A stretch of 64,000 nt of DNA from Patescibacteria group bacterium (GCA_038058635.1 JBBUAP010000001.1:94157-158156), one strand, 5' to 3'; counted from the stretch's first letter, positions 29,304-39,286 are shown. Notes: generated by a model from the letters alone, not told the origin. Translations and numbers: made by a program.

Positions 29304-29432
29304 TTTAACTTCCAGTCTTTCTCCCTCCCTAAAAACAGTTTAGCAAAGTAATCTTGCGGAATATACTCGTCGGGACGCCTCGTTAGCTCGTAGCTAAGTC
29401 AGCTACTTGCTATAGATTCATGATTCAAGAAT

Positions 29433-30374
29433 CTAGAACAGTCGGAAAATGCTCCAAAAATCGTATTTACCCGCTTCTTTGGCTGGTAGTTCTTGCTTAT
29501 TAACATCAGGGAGCGTCGTAGGTGCCGGCATTGTTTCCGCCAGAGACATTGATTCGAAGATTTCGTCGCCTTCAGAATCTTCATTACTGCTAAAGAGGTG
29601 ATCCATCAGTTCGTGGTTGTTCAACATTGATCTCAAATTCTGATAGATATGAAAATGATCAATCATTTCTGGGTGGTGATCGAAATAGGCTAATTGTTCA
29701 TCACCATCCCAATCGTCGAATTGCCCAGCTTCATTCATCGTGGCTGCCGACTCCTCGTTATCAAGCCAGTACTGACTCTTACCGTCGACATTGGTGGCCA
29801 GCTTGGTTTCTAAAAACCCTTTAAAGCTACCGTCGGAGTTGAAATACTGCGCCATTAGCTCAGCCATCGCTTCGCTTCGAATCATCTCATCGACACCAGT
29901 CTGGTCTGCTTTCTTGCCGAGTTCGATGGTGGTTCTGTAGACATGAAGAGATATCTGATCGGCTGGCATGCCAGTAATAAGTTCTTGGATTTCGCTGTAT
30001 TCTTCGGTGCCTAGCCTTTTAAGGAAGTCGTCTAGACGGTGTCCCAATTCGTGAGCGTAAGCATTTTGCTGCTTGACTTCGGTAAGCTTAAAAAACTCGT
30101 TTTGGTTGAAATTAACATTGCCAAGTTGATCGATATGGGCGAAGATTCTTTTCAGACCGCCGTACGCCCTTTTAAGCTTCTCGTTTTCTAAAAAGTCTTT
30201 GTCATCTAAGTCAGCTACTCCAACGCTCGGCAGTAGCATTCGCAGACGTTCTTGATTGATTGGCAGCCGCTTTTCGGCGCAACGCTTAAGTAAAGCCTCT
30301 TCAAGTAGACGGATTTTATGTTTCTGTTCGGCCCGTTCGCGATCGATCGCCAGAGCTTCGGCCTCGGTTTCCAT
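29433..30374 (-). CDS. HExxH-motif zincin-like protein (possibly ImmA/IrrE-like or another metallopeptidase)
   Basis: YAHELGHRL carries a canonical HExxH. Acidic and otherwise unremarkable; embedded between the VirB6-like gene and VirB3/VirB4. Confidence 0.45.
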   Translation of the reverse strand: METEAEALAIDRERAEQKHKIRLLEEALLKRCAEKRLPINQERLRMLLPSVGVADLDDKDFLENEKLKRAYGGLKRIFAHIDQLGNVNFNQNEFFKLTEVKQQNAYAHELGHRLDDFLKRLGTEEYSEIQELITGMPADQISLHVYRTTIELGKKADQTGVDEMIRSEAMAELMAQYFNSDGSFKGFLETKLATNVDGKSQYWLDNEESAATMNEAGQFDDWDGDEQLAYFDHHPEMIDHFHIYQNLRSMLNNHELMDHLFSSNEDSEGDEIFESMSLAETMPAPTTLPDVNKQELPAKEAGKYDFWSIFRLF

Positions 30375-30379
30375 AGTTA

Positions 30380-33300
30380 TTACTTACCGGGTTCTTCGGG
30401 AGTTTGGTGAGGGGGCTCTACCGGAGAGTCCGCGGATTGAGCGGCAGCATCAGTCGAAGAATTTTGTTCCACTTTAATATTGATTTCGCGCGATGGAATG
30501 GTGGTGCTTGAAGGCGTTGGGGTAGCTGTCGGAACGCTTGCCCTTGCTTGACTCATCGCCGCCGCGATTGAGCCGGTGCTAATCTGATGCATTCCCAATT
30601 CCTTAGAAATGGTATTTCCTAGGCTAGAGACTTCTCTTTGCAGCACCGATTTCACCGAGTTTTTACCGCGTCCAGCGACAGCTTGAGCTAAAGTATCTGT
30701 TATAGATCTAGTCAGTGCTTGCATGGCGGCGGGATCTGTCTTGCCGGAAAGTGTGGAGAGCTTTGATACAATCGGCCCAACTAAGTTGTCAGAAAGGTGA
30801 TTGACTAGTTCGGCTTGACTTTTACCCAGTCTGTCCCAATCCCCATCGCTCATACCTGCGACGGATTGAGTTGCTTCGTGGCTAACTCCTTGCGCGCCGA
30901 CAGAATAGTTGTGAGCGGACTCGAGAGTTGAATGGAGCTGTTGTTGCTTAGTTCCGTCTCCGATGTTTCCAGAATGAATATTTAAATCGTGTGCCGCCGA
31001 AACATTCTCAACTGCTTGGCGAACAACTTCGTTACTAAGCTGATCGCCCTGTTTTTTCATATTATCTACTAGTCTCTGACCATCTCGATCTAACGATCTA
31101 CCAAGCATTTCAAATGACTGATTACGCAATTCGCCAAGCTGGCCCTGAACCCTTTGAGCTTCTGGTGAACCGGCAGTAGTACTGATTGATTGAGCCATCA
31201 GATCTCGCCACTGATCAGTCAGCTGGCGCATGGAATCTTTTACCTCCCCAGCAACACCTGGAACAATATTTCTGGCTTGGTCAATAGCATGCTGACTTCG
31301 AATTGGGTCGTAATGGATCATCGGATCACCAGACGGTGGATTGTCAGTGGAGTCTCCGCTTGAGTAGTATGATCCAAGTGGCTTGATCCACTTCTGTATT
31401 GTTTCATCAGGATACTTATCGTCGGTTGAAACGTTTTTTCGTCTTGATTCTCTAACAATATATTCATAAAATGCTGACAGTTGTCCCTCGGCAAATAATC
31501 CTTTACCCAAAAGGTCTCTTGGATTTACACCAGCATCAATTAATTGTTGTTGAACCTTTCTCATATCTTCTTCTTTTTTTGAACTGGCTAGGGCTCGACG
31601 AAGCTTCATCGCTTCTCCATGAGACAAAGTATGGAGAACTCTTTCAACTGCCTTGATAGTATCCTTTGATGCCGCCGCTGCTTCGAGCGCCTCTTCCGGA
31701 GAAGATACTTCTTCCATAAATATCTTTCTTGCGATATCTCGTTTTGAAGAATATCCACCGACTCGCCCAGATACGATATCTGAAATATTGCCCTTGACTG
31801 GCCCCGCTCCAATGTTTATTTTACTAGCCTCAAGACTACTAGCTTTTTCTGCGCCGGCCGTTCTCGCTTCCCACCACTTACTGACCGTTTTCTCGGGATT
31901 AGCCATCGTGTATGCCCTACCTCTCATGGCTCCAGATAAGTTTTGAACGTTTTTATATCTTTTTTCCGATTTCTCGACCCGTTCCCTAGCTGCCTTCAGT
32001 CTGTCGGCGCGAGCTATGTCGAAAGGGGTTCCTTTAGCACGAGCTCTATCCTCTAACTTTTTGATTCTTTCTTGTTTCTGCTTTAACCCTAATACTTTAT
32101 TTGCAGCTAAACCTTGTCCGACACCCCAGGCACTAGATGGAGCATTTTTCGCCGTCCCAAATGCCTTCTTAGACATCGCCTCCATGTCGTACATCCCCTT
32201 GCTGATTGCACCCGGAACTTTAAGGATTGCAGTTGCCGCTGCAAAAGTAAGTAACACCTTTATTAGGTCTTGTTCGTTACCCCCAGTAGCAATTGAGCCG
32301 AAATCCACCGGTAAACCGAGCAATTTATTACCGTATGTAATAAAGAAGGCAATAGCTAGGAATAGGATTGGCAAGACAAAAGCTTGACGCAAGAATTGAT
32401 CCCACCATTTACCGAACCACTGTGACATACTCGGAATGCCGTAACTAGCAAATGCCAGAGGAGCAACTACTATTAAAGCGTAAAGCCAGACGATTCTTTT
32501 AATTAAGGCATAGGCAAGCATACCAGACAAGAGGATGAAGTATAACACCGCAATTATGACGATGAATAAAATAAATGGTGTCGTGACTAGGGATACATAG
32601 TTAATGGAAGTTGCACCTCCCCCTATGACATCAATGAATGCTTTAATTAAATCTCCCTGTGTATCTACCCTTGTATCTACGCTTGCGCTTGTTACTTGGA
32701 GCGATAGATTGGTTAACGCCTGAACCACATCAAGAATGAATCTAATAATAAGCATACTGGCATTAGCGCCAATGACACCAATGACTATTCCCGGTAGCGC
32801 CTTTTTGGCGGCGTAAACATTAAGATTTAGATGGAGTACGTTCGCAAAGGCAATCGCCAGTAGCGCCAAGATTACTAAAATATTCAACAGAGAAAGACTA
32901 TACTTCCAAGCTATTACCAAACCATCACCCGGGTCTTTGATCCGTTCTTCAATTGGTTTTTTGGTCCCAGTTAGTTTTTGAGCTTGATTTCTAAAGGGTC
33001 CAATAACACTATTTATTAACCCCCCCACCGCACAGGCAACAACCGAGGTAAGTATATTGTCTAAACCATTTTTAGCGATCTGAACAAGACTACAGTCACC
33101 GCCGCCATCTTCTGAACGCGCAAAGTTAATTTTTACACCCCAATAGTCTAGCCAGCCACCCTCGCCAACCTTTGTTCCACAGTTGGAATGAAGATTAGAA
33201 GCGGTCTTGTTAGCATTGGTAGTGACAGTATCGGGATGTTTGTCATATATCTCTTTGGTAGTCGCCCCCTCTATACCCGTTCCTGGGCGGCCTGTTTTGT

Positions 33301-34576
33301 AGACTCCTCCAGGGTCATCGCAGTTATCAGAGCGGCTCGCTTTAGGAACATTCATAATGTACCCAAACACTTTATTGATATCGTCATCGGGAATTGATAA
33401 ACCACCACTACCCTGTATCAACGCGCCACCATTCTCAATGCTTTGATTGCTAAATATGCCTATAAAGACATTGGCTTGATCGGTATCGTAGATGATGTTT
33501 AGACAATGCCCCGAAGATTGTATACCAGTTATCTGGTCGCAGCTTTCGACGAGATAGTAGAAGTTATCGATTTTCTCGAAAGGACCGCTTGTGCCCGTGC
33601 GACCGTAGGCCTGGAAGATCAACCATTTTTGATCAAGAGTACCTCTAGCACCGTTGAATGAAACGCCTACTAGTCTAAATTGAAGCTGGGGGCGACCCAC
33701 AGAAGGATCGGCCGGAATGAAGTTTCCCCCTCCATTAGCATCAGGTGTAGGTGCAATGTACGGTGGGTTGGGTGTGTTCTGATCTGCAGGCACAAGAATT
33801 CTCAACGCCCCTTTGCCATCTGCCATTAAAGCTCTGATCCAACTCTGAATTTTCGAAACGCTTGCATCTTCGCTGGCACCAGGAACAAGCTGATAATTAT
33901 CGACTAGAGCGTCAGTAGGATCCGCAGTGTAACTGGCTACGGCAGTGATTGGGGTGCGAGAATCCCCGGACACTCCTGTTCCGTTACACTCACCATTATC
34001 TCTCGCTGAAGTGACGCGGTGAGTACCAGTTGCACCAATAAGGAAGCAGGGGGACTTCTCTGAAGTAATAGCGTCCGTTGGTAGCCTGCTGTAATCAAGA
34101 CGCGCAACGAGCTCGTTGGAGCGGTTGTAAAATTCAACCAATGTTGGAGAAATAATCTTTGAGTTTGTCTGGCCGTAGCTTGCTTCAATATTCAAGCTAC
34201 TCATTGATACCGAGCTAATTCTCCAAGTGTCAAAAATCTTATTGCCGAAACCCGTGACCGATCCAATTTTAGAATAGGTTTGACCGACAGTAATGTAAGC
34301 AAAGGTTTCATTCGAAGCAGCAGTTGATCCTGCCTCGGAAACTTTAATTCTCGCGGTGACAGCTAGTTCAGTTTCTGATTTACGAAAAAAAGTGGGTTTA
34401 GTACTATTTTTGATTTCAAAGATAGCTTTTCCGGCAGCCTGGGCGATGGGAGGCTTGAATGGAGAGAGGGAGCTTGTGAGCCATCCAGAAAAAAGGCTGC
34501 TGGCCAATACGGCAACCAGGGCTGTTGTAACTAACACCCTCCCGAATCTCATACATTTATAGTAGAGATTCCCCAC
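30380..34576 (-). CDS. VirB6/TrbL-like multi-TM protein with large N-terminal extracellular and C-terminal cytoplasmic extensions (1398 aa)
   Basis: N-terminal signal/TM anchor, a ~560-aa ectodomain, at least six TM helices in the middle (LLNILVILALLAIAF ... VLLTFAAATAILKVP), then a long coiled/low-complexity tail. Confidence 0.6.
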   Translation of the reverse strand: MGNLYYKCMRFGRVLVTTALVAVLASSLFSGWLTSSLSPFKPPIAQAAGKAIFEIKNSTKPTFFRKSETELAVTARIKVSEAGSTAASNETFAYITVGQTYSKIGSVTGFGNKIFDTWRISSVSMSSLNIEASYGQTNSKIISPTLVEFYNRSNELVARLDYSRLPTDAITSEKSPCFLIGATGTHRVTSARDNGECNGTGVSGDSRTPITAVASYTADPTDALVDNYQLVPGASEDASVSKIQSWIRALMADGKGALRILVPADQNTPNPPYIAPTPDANGGGNFIPADPSVGRPQLQFRLVGVSFNGARGTLDQKWLIFQAYGRTGTSGPFEKIDNFYYLVESCDQITGIQSSGHCLNIIYDTDQANVFIGIFSNQSIENGGALIQGSGGLSIPDDDINKVFGYIMNVPKASRSDNCDDPGGVYKTGRPGTGIEGATTKEIYDKHPDTVTTNANKTASNLHSNCGTKVGEGGWLDYWGVKINFARSEDGGGDCSLVQIAKNGLDNILTSVVACAVGGLINSVIGPFRNQAQKLTGTKKPIEERIKDPGDGLVIAWKYSLSLLNILVILALLAIAFANVLHLNLNVYAAKKALPGIVIGVIGANASMLIIRFILDVVQALTNLSLQVTSASVDTRVDTQGDLIKAFIDVIGGGATSINYVSLVTTPFILFIVIIAVLYFILLSGMLAYALIKRIVWLYALIVVAPLAFASYGIPSMSQWFGKWWDQFLRQAFVLPILFLAIAFFITYGNKLLGLPVDFGSIATGGNEQDLIKVLLTFAAATAILKVPGAISKGMYDMEAMSKKAFGTAKNAPSSAWGVGQGLAANKVLGLKQKQERIKKLEDRARAKGTPFDIARADRLKAARERVEKSEKRYKNVQNLSGAMRGRAYTMANPEKTVSKWWEARTAGAEKASSLEASKINIGAGPVKGNISDIVSGRVGGYSSKRDIARKIFMEEVSSPEEALEAAAASKDTIKAVERVLHTLSHGEAMKLRRALASSKKEEDMRKVQQQLIDAGVNPRDLLGKGLFAEGQLSAFYEYIVRESRRKNVSTDDKYPDETIQKWIKPLGSYYSSGDSTDNPPSGDPMIHYDPIRSQHAIDQARNIVPGVAGEVKDSMRQLTDQWRDLMAQSISTTAGSPEAQRVQGQLGELRNQSFEMLGRSLDRDGQRLVDNMKKQGDQLSNEVVRQAVENVSAAHDLNIHSGNIGDGTKQQQLHSTLESAHNYSVGAQGVSHEATQSVAGMSDGDWDRLGKSQAELVNHLSDNLVGPIVSKLSTLSGKTDPAAMQALTRSITDTLAQAVAGRGKNSVKSVLQREVSSLGNTISKELGMHQISTGSIAAAMSQARASVPTATPTPSSTTIPSREINIKVEQNSSTDAAAQSADSPVEPPHQTPEEPGK

Positions 34577-34631
34577 CTACGGCGCAACAAACCCAACACA
34601 TATTAAGAAAAAATCATCTAAGGCTTCTAGG

Positions 34632-34714
34632 CGACTGATGACAACATTGTCATCAGTCGCAAACCCAACCCAAGTGAATATTATGGACAGATTATGGGTT
34701 TAAACCCATAATCT
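34632..34714. promoter_or_regulatory. Two perfect palindromes in the divergent intergenic region between the VirB6-like gene and a lipoprotein gene
   Basis: cgactgatgacaa-ca-ttgtcatcagtcg at 34632-34659 (13-bp arms). agattatgggttt|aaacccataatct at 34689-34714 (13-bp arms, no spacer). Confidence 0.4.
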
Positions 34715-34831
34715 ACCTGCGTCGATAGGCTGCTAAAGCGTGGCGAAGAAAGGGTTTCTAGCCATATTTCCATCGACAGAGAGAGCGATTTTCGGTAAAA
34801 TTGGGACAATCTGTTTCGAGGAGATTCGGAC

Positions 34832-35674
34832 ATGAACAATCGGAAGTTATTAGTAATTGCGCTAGGCGCCGCTGCCCTCGTCCTGACGCTCTGCGGGTGT
34901 ACCGCGGAGCAACTACCGCCAGCTGTCAGCGCGAGCGGCGCGACACCTGAAGCAACAACCGTCGCTGCGCCGGTTTCGGTCAACAGTAAGTCAACAACTG
35001 TGGTTGCAAGCGAGTCTTCTTTCGCAGAAGAACCCCACGAACGGTCAATAGCGTCAACGCAAATTCAAGCTACTGACCAAAAGCCTAAACTGGGACCAAA
35101 TGGCCTGACTCCGGCCATCGTCGGCGAGCTTATCAAGTCGGTAGGCAAGAATCGAGCCGGTGTGGTCGAATTGATGGGAATACCTACCAGGACTGTTGCA
35201 CTGGGCCAACACGATCAGTTGAAGTGCTGGACGTGGGATGTCAAAAATAACAATCGGCCTGACGCAGAGGTGACTGTCGAGAGTCGAGACGAAGATAAGG
35301 AAGTCTACAATGTCACCATCATAACTATCACAACTAACCTGACTTGCTCACAGATCTCAGGCTACCTGGGTGATGACGAACCCACACTCTATTGGATGAA
35401 GTATTTTGGAACTGAAGCAACAGAGTTCGGCGTCGTCGCAAAGAGTAGGGGTGGAGCGGAAGTACGGTTGGTTGCTCGAGCAAGTAGCCCTATTGTCGAC
35501 GAACATCGATCACTCGACGAAGAGGGGAACTTGGTGAAGCTGTACTCTCGTAGCAGCAGTTTCGACTGGAAGATGGGACTGATCAAACGTCTAAGCGCGG
35601 GTGAGGAGTATTTGCTGCCTCATTACACCACTTGGCCAAAGCTAACGGACGAATGGACCGAACTTCCCAAGTAA
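34832..35674 (+). CDS. Hypothetical lipoprotein
   Basis: Signal peptide with lipobox LTLCGC. 280 aa. Confidence 0.65.
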   Translation: MNNRKLLVIALGAAALVLTLCGCTAEQLPPAVSASGATPEATTVAAPVSVNSKSTTVVASESSFAEEPHERSIASTQIQATDQKPKLGPNGLTPAIVGELIKSVGKNRAGVVELMGIPTRTVALGQHDQLKCWTWDVKNNNRPDAEVTVESRDEDKEVYNVTIITITTNLTCSQISGYLGDDEPTLYWMKYFGTEATEFGVVAKSRGGAEVRLVARASSPIVDEHRSLDEEGNLVKLYSRSSSFDWKMGLIKRLSAGEEYLLPHYTTWPKLTDEWTELPK

Positions 35675-35690
35675 GTGGGAGAACGAACCT

Positions 35691-35716
35691 GGGTCGGCGA
35701 AAGCCGACCCATTCTA
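35691..35716 (+). terminator. Stem-loop after the lipoprotein gene
   Basis: gggtcggc gaaa gccgaccc followed by attct. Confidence 0.35.
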
Positions 35717-35736
35717 TAATGGTAGATTTTGCGAGG

Positions 35737-36093
35737 CTAATTTCCTTCGTATAACGGGTCGAGTTCGAGGACGCGTGTCTTGAGTTCGGGGTGAAATTCG
35801 CTGGCGAGCAAGGTGATATCGCGCGAACCGGGGTTGAGCTCGTAAGCCCGATCGATGATAATCCGCAGGGTTTCTTGGTCGCTGTTTTTCAATTGCTTGG
35901 CCAAGCTGACCAATTTTCGTTCGTCGGTTTGGGTGGCGACATAGCGAGTGATATTTTCAACCCGTTCCTGCTGGCTAGCTTGCTCGATCCGGCCAACCTC
36001 GTTATTAATTGAGTTCACGGTCGCGGTCCGCCAAGAATACAGTCCGGCGACAATTACCAGCGACCCCAAGTAAAACCAAAATCTTCCGGTCAT
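35737..36093 (-). CDS. Small membrane-anchored hypothetical protein, translationally coupled to valS
   Basis: 118 aa with an N-terminal TM (FWFYLGSLVIVAGLY). Overlaps the valS stop by 4 nt. Confidence 0.45.
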   Translation of the reverse strand: MTGRFWFYLGSLVIVAGLYSWRTATVNSINNEVGRIEQASQQERVENITRYVATQTDERKLVSLAKQLKNSDQETLRIIIDRAYELNPGSRDITLLASEFHPELKTRVLELDPLYEGN

Positions 36094-38180
36094 GAAAGCA
36101 TCTCCTTCTCGATCGTGTCAACCAGGAATGGGGCGAAGTCCGAGAGGATGACTAGCTGACGTTTTAGGGCAACGAGTAGGCAGGACTTGGCTTGCTCGAC
36201 CCGATCAGGGCTTTCAGCTTCGCGGATAGCGGTTTTTTCGTATTCCAAGAATTGGTCCGCAAAGTCATGCCAGAAGAATTCGTATAGCTCCTCGAGGGCA
36301 ACGGACAGTTTTAGAGCAGCGAAATTCTTCTCGTTTTTTTGCTCGAGCTTTTCGAGTTTCTTGAAGAATTCTTCTTCCGTATGGTCGAGTTTTGACTTTT
36401 GAGTTTTGACTTTTGAGTTGGAGCTTGTCGATTCAGCGACAAAGCGACTGGCATTCCATATCTTCGTCGCAAAGTTACGATACTTCAGAATCTTTTGCTC
36501 GGTGTAACGCTGTGGTGTGCCTGGAGAATTGCCTCCCAGCAAACTCATACGGAGAGCGTCAGAGCCATATTTTTCGATCATTACCATCGGATCCATTACA
36601 TTCCCCTTGCTCTTACTCATCTTCTCGCCCTTTTCATCGAGGACAAAGCCATGGAAATAAACTTGCTTGAACGGAATCTTACCCGTCAGGGCTTCGCTTA
36701 ACATGATCATTCGAGCAACCCAGAAGAAGATAATCTCAGGGGCTGTTTCTAGAAAGTTCGTCGGGAAGTAACGCAACAAATCAGGCGCCTCTTCATTTGG
36801 CCAGCCTAAGGTAGAAAACGGCCAAAGACCAGACGAAAACCAAGTGTCTAAGACGTCAGGGTCTTGAGTTAGCTTCTTGTTACCAGCCTGTTTCTGGGCT
36901 TCTTCGAGACTATCGGCAACATAAACCCTACCATCTTCATCGTACCAAGCTGGAATCTCGTGCCCCCACCAAAGCTGTCGAGATATGCACCAATCATGCA
37001 AGTTCTTTAACCAATGGAAATAGAGCTTCTCTAAATTCTTCGGAGTGAATTTAATTTCACCAGATTTAACCGCTTTGATAGCTGCTTCTTTAACAGCAGT
37101 CGCCTTCATGAACCACTGCGGTAGGATCTGTGGCTCAATCTTGCCGCCGCCTCTATAGCTGACGGCAACACGATGACGATATTTCTCATCGACTTTAACG
37201 AGTAGCCCCTTGTCTTGGAGCTTTTGGGCAATATCTTTTCTCGCTTCATCGATTTTTCTTCCTGCGAACTCACCGGCTATTGGCAATAACTTCCCGAACT
37301 GATCAATAACCTGAACTTTATCTAACTTATGACGGGTAGCAATCTCAAAATCGGTCTTGTCGTGCCAGGGAGTGATAGTCATAACTCCAGTACCAAATTC
37401 TGGGTCAACCGCCTCGTCTTTGATGACTGTGGCGGTAATTTTACCGTTTATCCATTCACACTCGAAAGTCTCGCCATCCTTGTATTTGGCGTAGCGTTTA
37501 TCGGTCGGATGCATTACGACATATTTATCACCGAATTTTGTTTCTGGCCGGGCAGTACTTATCTCAAAAGGCCCAAACTTAAAAGTATAAAAAGGCGTCG
37601 TCTCTTCAAGGTGCTCAATTTCATCGTCAGAAATCGTTGTTTGCATCTTGGGATCCCAGTTAATAATAAACTCGGATTTATAGATCAACTCCTTTTCATA
37701 AAGCCGAACGAAGGCGGTGCGAACAGCGTTCTTTGAATGCTCGTCCATCGTAAAGCGGAAGCGGTTCCAGTCGGCCGACAGACCGAGGCGCTTCAGAGAG
37801 CCCTCCATCCGTGGCATATAATGCTTGATCCAGACCCAAACTTCTTCCAAAAACTTCTCCCGGCCAATTTGACTCCGGCTTAACCCCTGTTCTTTTTGAA
37901 TTTTCTTTTCGACTAAGGCCTGAACGGCGATAGCGGCGTGATCCATGCCGGGTAAAACCAAGACATCTTTGCCAAGACGGCGCTGATGACGGGCGATGGT
38001 GTCCTGAATGCCGTAGGTCAGAGCGTGACCCAAGTGCAAATCGCCTGTAACATTTGGTGGCGGAATAACGATCGAGTACGGCTCACCCTTGCCTGACGGC
38101 ACAAACTGCTTCTCGGCTTCCCACCGAGCGTAAATATCTGGTTCTTTGGTGTGGTCGTAACGAGTTAGGATCTCTTTCAT
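36090..38180 (-). CDS. valS: Valyl-tRNA synthetase (compact form, 696 aa)
   Basis: PPPNVTGDLHLGHA (ValRS-type HIGH region), PGMDHAAIA and KMSKS are present. Confidence 0.85.
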   Translation of the reverse strand: MKEILTRYDHTKEPDIYARWEAEKQFVPSGKGEPYSIVIPPPNVTGDLHLGHALTYGIQDTIARHQRRLGKDVLVLPGMDHAAIAVQALVEKKIQKEQGLSRSQIGREKFLEEVWVWIKHYMPRMEGSLKRLGLSADWNRFRFTMDEHSKNAVRTAFVRLYEKELIYKSEFIINWDPKMQTTISDDEIEHLEETTPFYTFKFGPFEISTARPETKFGDKYVVMHPTDKRYAKYKDGETFECEWINGKITATVIKDEAVDPEFGTGVMTITPWHDKTDFEIATRHKLDKVQVIDQFGKLLPIAGEFAGRKIDEARKDIAQKLQDKGLLVKVDEKYRHRVAVSYRGGGKIEPQILPQWFMKATAVKEAAIKAVKSGEIKFTPKNLEKLYFHWLKNLHDWCISRQLWWGHEIPAWYDEDGRVYVADSLEEAQKQAGNKKLTQDPDVLDTWFSSGLWPFSTLGWPNEEAPDLLRYFPTNFLETAPEIIFFWVARMIMLSEALTGKIPFKQVYFHGFVLDEKGEKMSKSKGNVMDPMVMIEKYGSDALRMSLLGGNSPGTPQRYTEQKILKYRNFATKIWNASRFVAESTSSNSKVKTQKSKLDHTEEEFFKKLEKLEQKNEKNFAALKLSVALEELYEFFWHDFADQFLEYEKTAIREAESPDRVEQAKSCLLVALKRQLVILSDFAPFLVDTIEKEMLS

Positions 38181-38272
38181 TAGATTTTATTTTACTGGTT
38201 TGTGCATATTTTGCCCAGGAAGCCTCATCGTTGCGTCTTGATTTATTTACGGGTTTGGTATACAATCCTCCC

Positions 38273-39235
38273 ATGCACTTTCGACATTTAGGTTTCCTAA
38301 CAGCGATACTCTTCGCTATTATCGTCATCGGTTGCGGTTCTAACAAGACTGCGGCAACTAGCCCCTCTTCAACATCGGCCAATCAAGCCAAGGTACCGAT
38401 AGCTCCAAGCGTTCCCGATCTTGTGGTCGACACGCCCGAGTTCAACGTGATTCGGCAGGATCGGATGGCCAAGCTCGACAAGGTCATGAAAGCAGCTTTC
38501 AGGGTCGTCAAGAAGTTACAGGACAAGGAGGCGATCAAAGTCTGGGACTTCATGGCCAAGAACGGCCGGCCGGCAATTATTGCCGGATCAATGCATGTCA
38601 TCGGAGATCAGGCGCCAGCAGAGCACCCGTTCTACTTGATCGTGGTTACTGCTGATGATGCCAGGCGGGGCGAGCCCTGGTCGGACATCTGGTACGAGCG
38701 CAATGAAGTGATCGCCAGGCACGTCAAGTTTGCCGATCGCGAAGCAGTCGTTCTTCCAGACGTCTCGGTCAGCGACTTCGCCCGAACTTTGGTCTTCGTT
38801 CACGAGTTACGTCACGCATGGTCACATGCAACCACGGTGGTTCCCGACACAGTCGATGGCACCCTCAATGAGGAGTTGCCAGCCTACTCCCTACAGGATC
38901 GGCTTGCTCGCAAACTCGCCGGCAAACCATTCGAAACGATGCTTGGCAAAGAGGTGGATAACCTTTCAGCCCAACTTACTTCAGTCGGTGCTAGCGGAGC
39001 AGAAAGCGCTATCCCGATGCTGCACTACGAGTTCAAGTCGGCAGATATGCCCAAGGCTTTTCCTGGCCTCTGCCAGCCAGGGGACGAGCAGTTCTGTTTC
39101 TCGATGTTCAACCGCTTGGCCATCCAAGAGGCCTTGGATCGAACCCAGAGCAAGAGCGACGCTCTACGTCTGAAGAAGCGGATTCTTGAGATCCTACTGC
39201 GCCATGCCGGCCTCATTCCGGAGAACGCGAAGTAA
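38273..39235 (+). CDS. Lipoprotein with a zincin HExxH motif (putative metallopeptidase)
   Basis: Lipobox VIGCGS after an MHFRHLGFLTAILFAIIV signal peptide. FVHELRHAWSH carries the HExxH. Start set at the internal ATG 38273. Confidence 0.5.
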   Translation: MHFRHLGFLTAILFAIIVIGCGSNKTAATSPSSTSANQAKVPIAPSVPDLVVDTPEFNVIRQDRMAKLDKVMKAAFRVVKKLQDKEAIKVWDFMAKNGRPAIIAGSMHVIGDQAPAEHPFYLIVVTADDARRGEPWSDIWYERNEVIARHVKFADREAVVLPDVSVSDFARTLVFVHELRHAWSHATTVVPDTVDGTLNEELPAYSLQDRLARKLAGKPFETMLGKEVDNLSAQLTSVGASGAESAIPMLHYEFKSADMPKAFPGLCQPGDEQFCFSMFNRLAIQEALDRTQSKSDALRLKKRILEILLRHAGLIPENAK

Positions 39236-39259
39236 GACCACTGATCTTGGCTTTCAATA

Positions 39260-39286
39260 GGCTCCCCGCGCTGGGAGCCATTTTTC
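39260..39286. terminator. Rho-independent terminator between convergent genes
   Basis: ggctccc cgcgct gggagcc followed by attttt. Confidence 0.6.
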
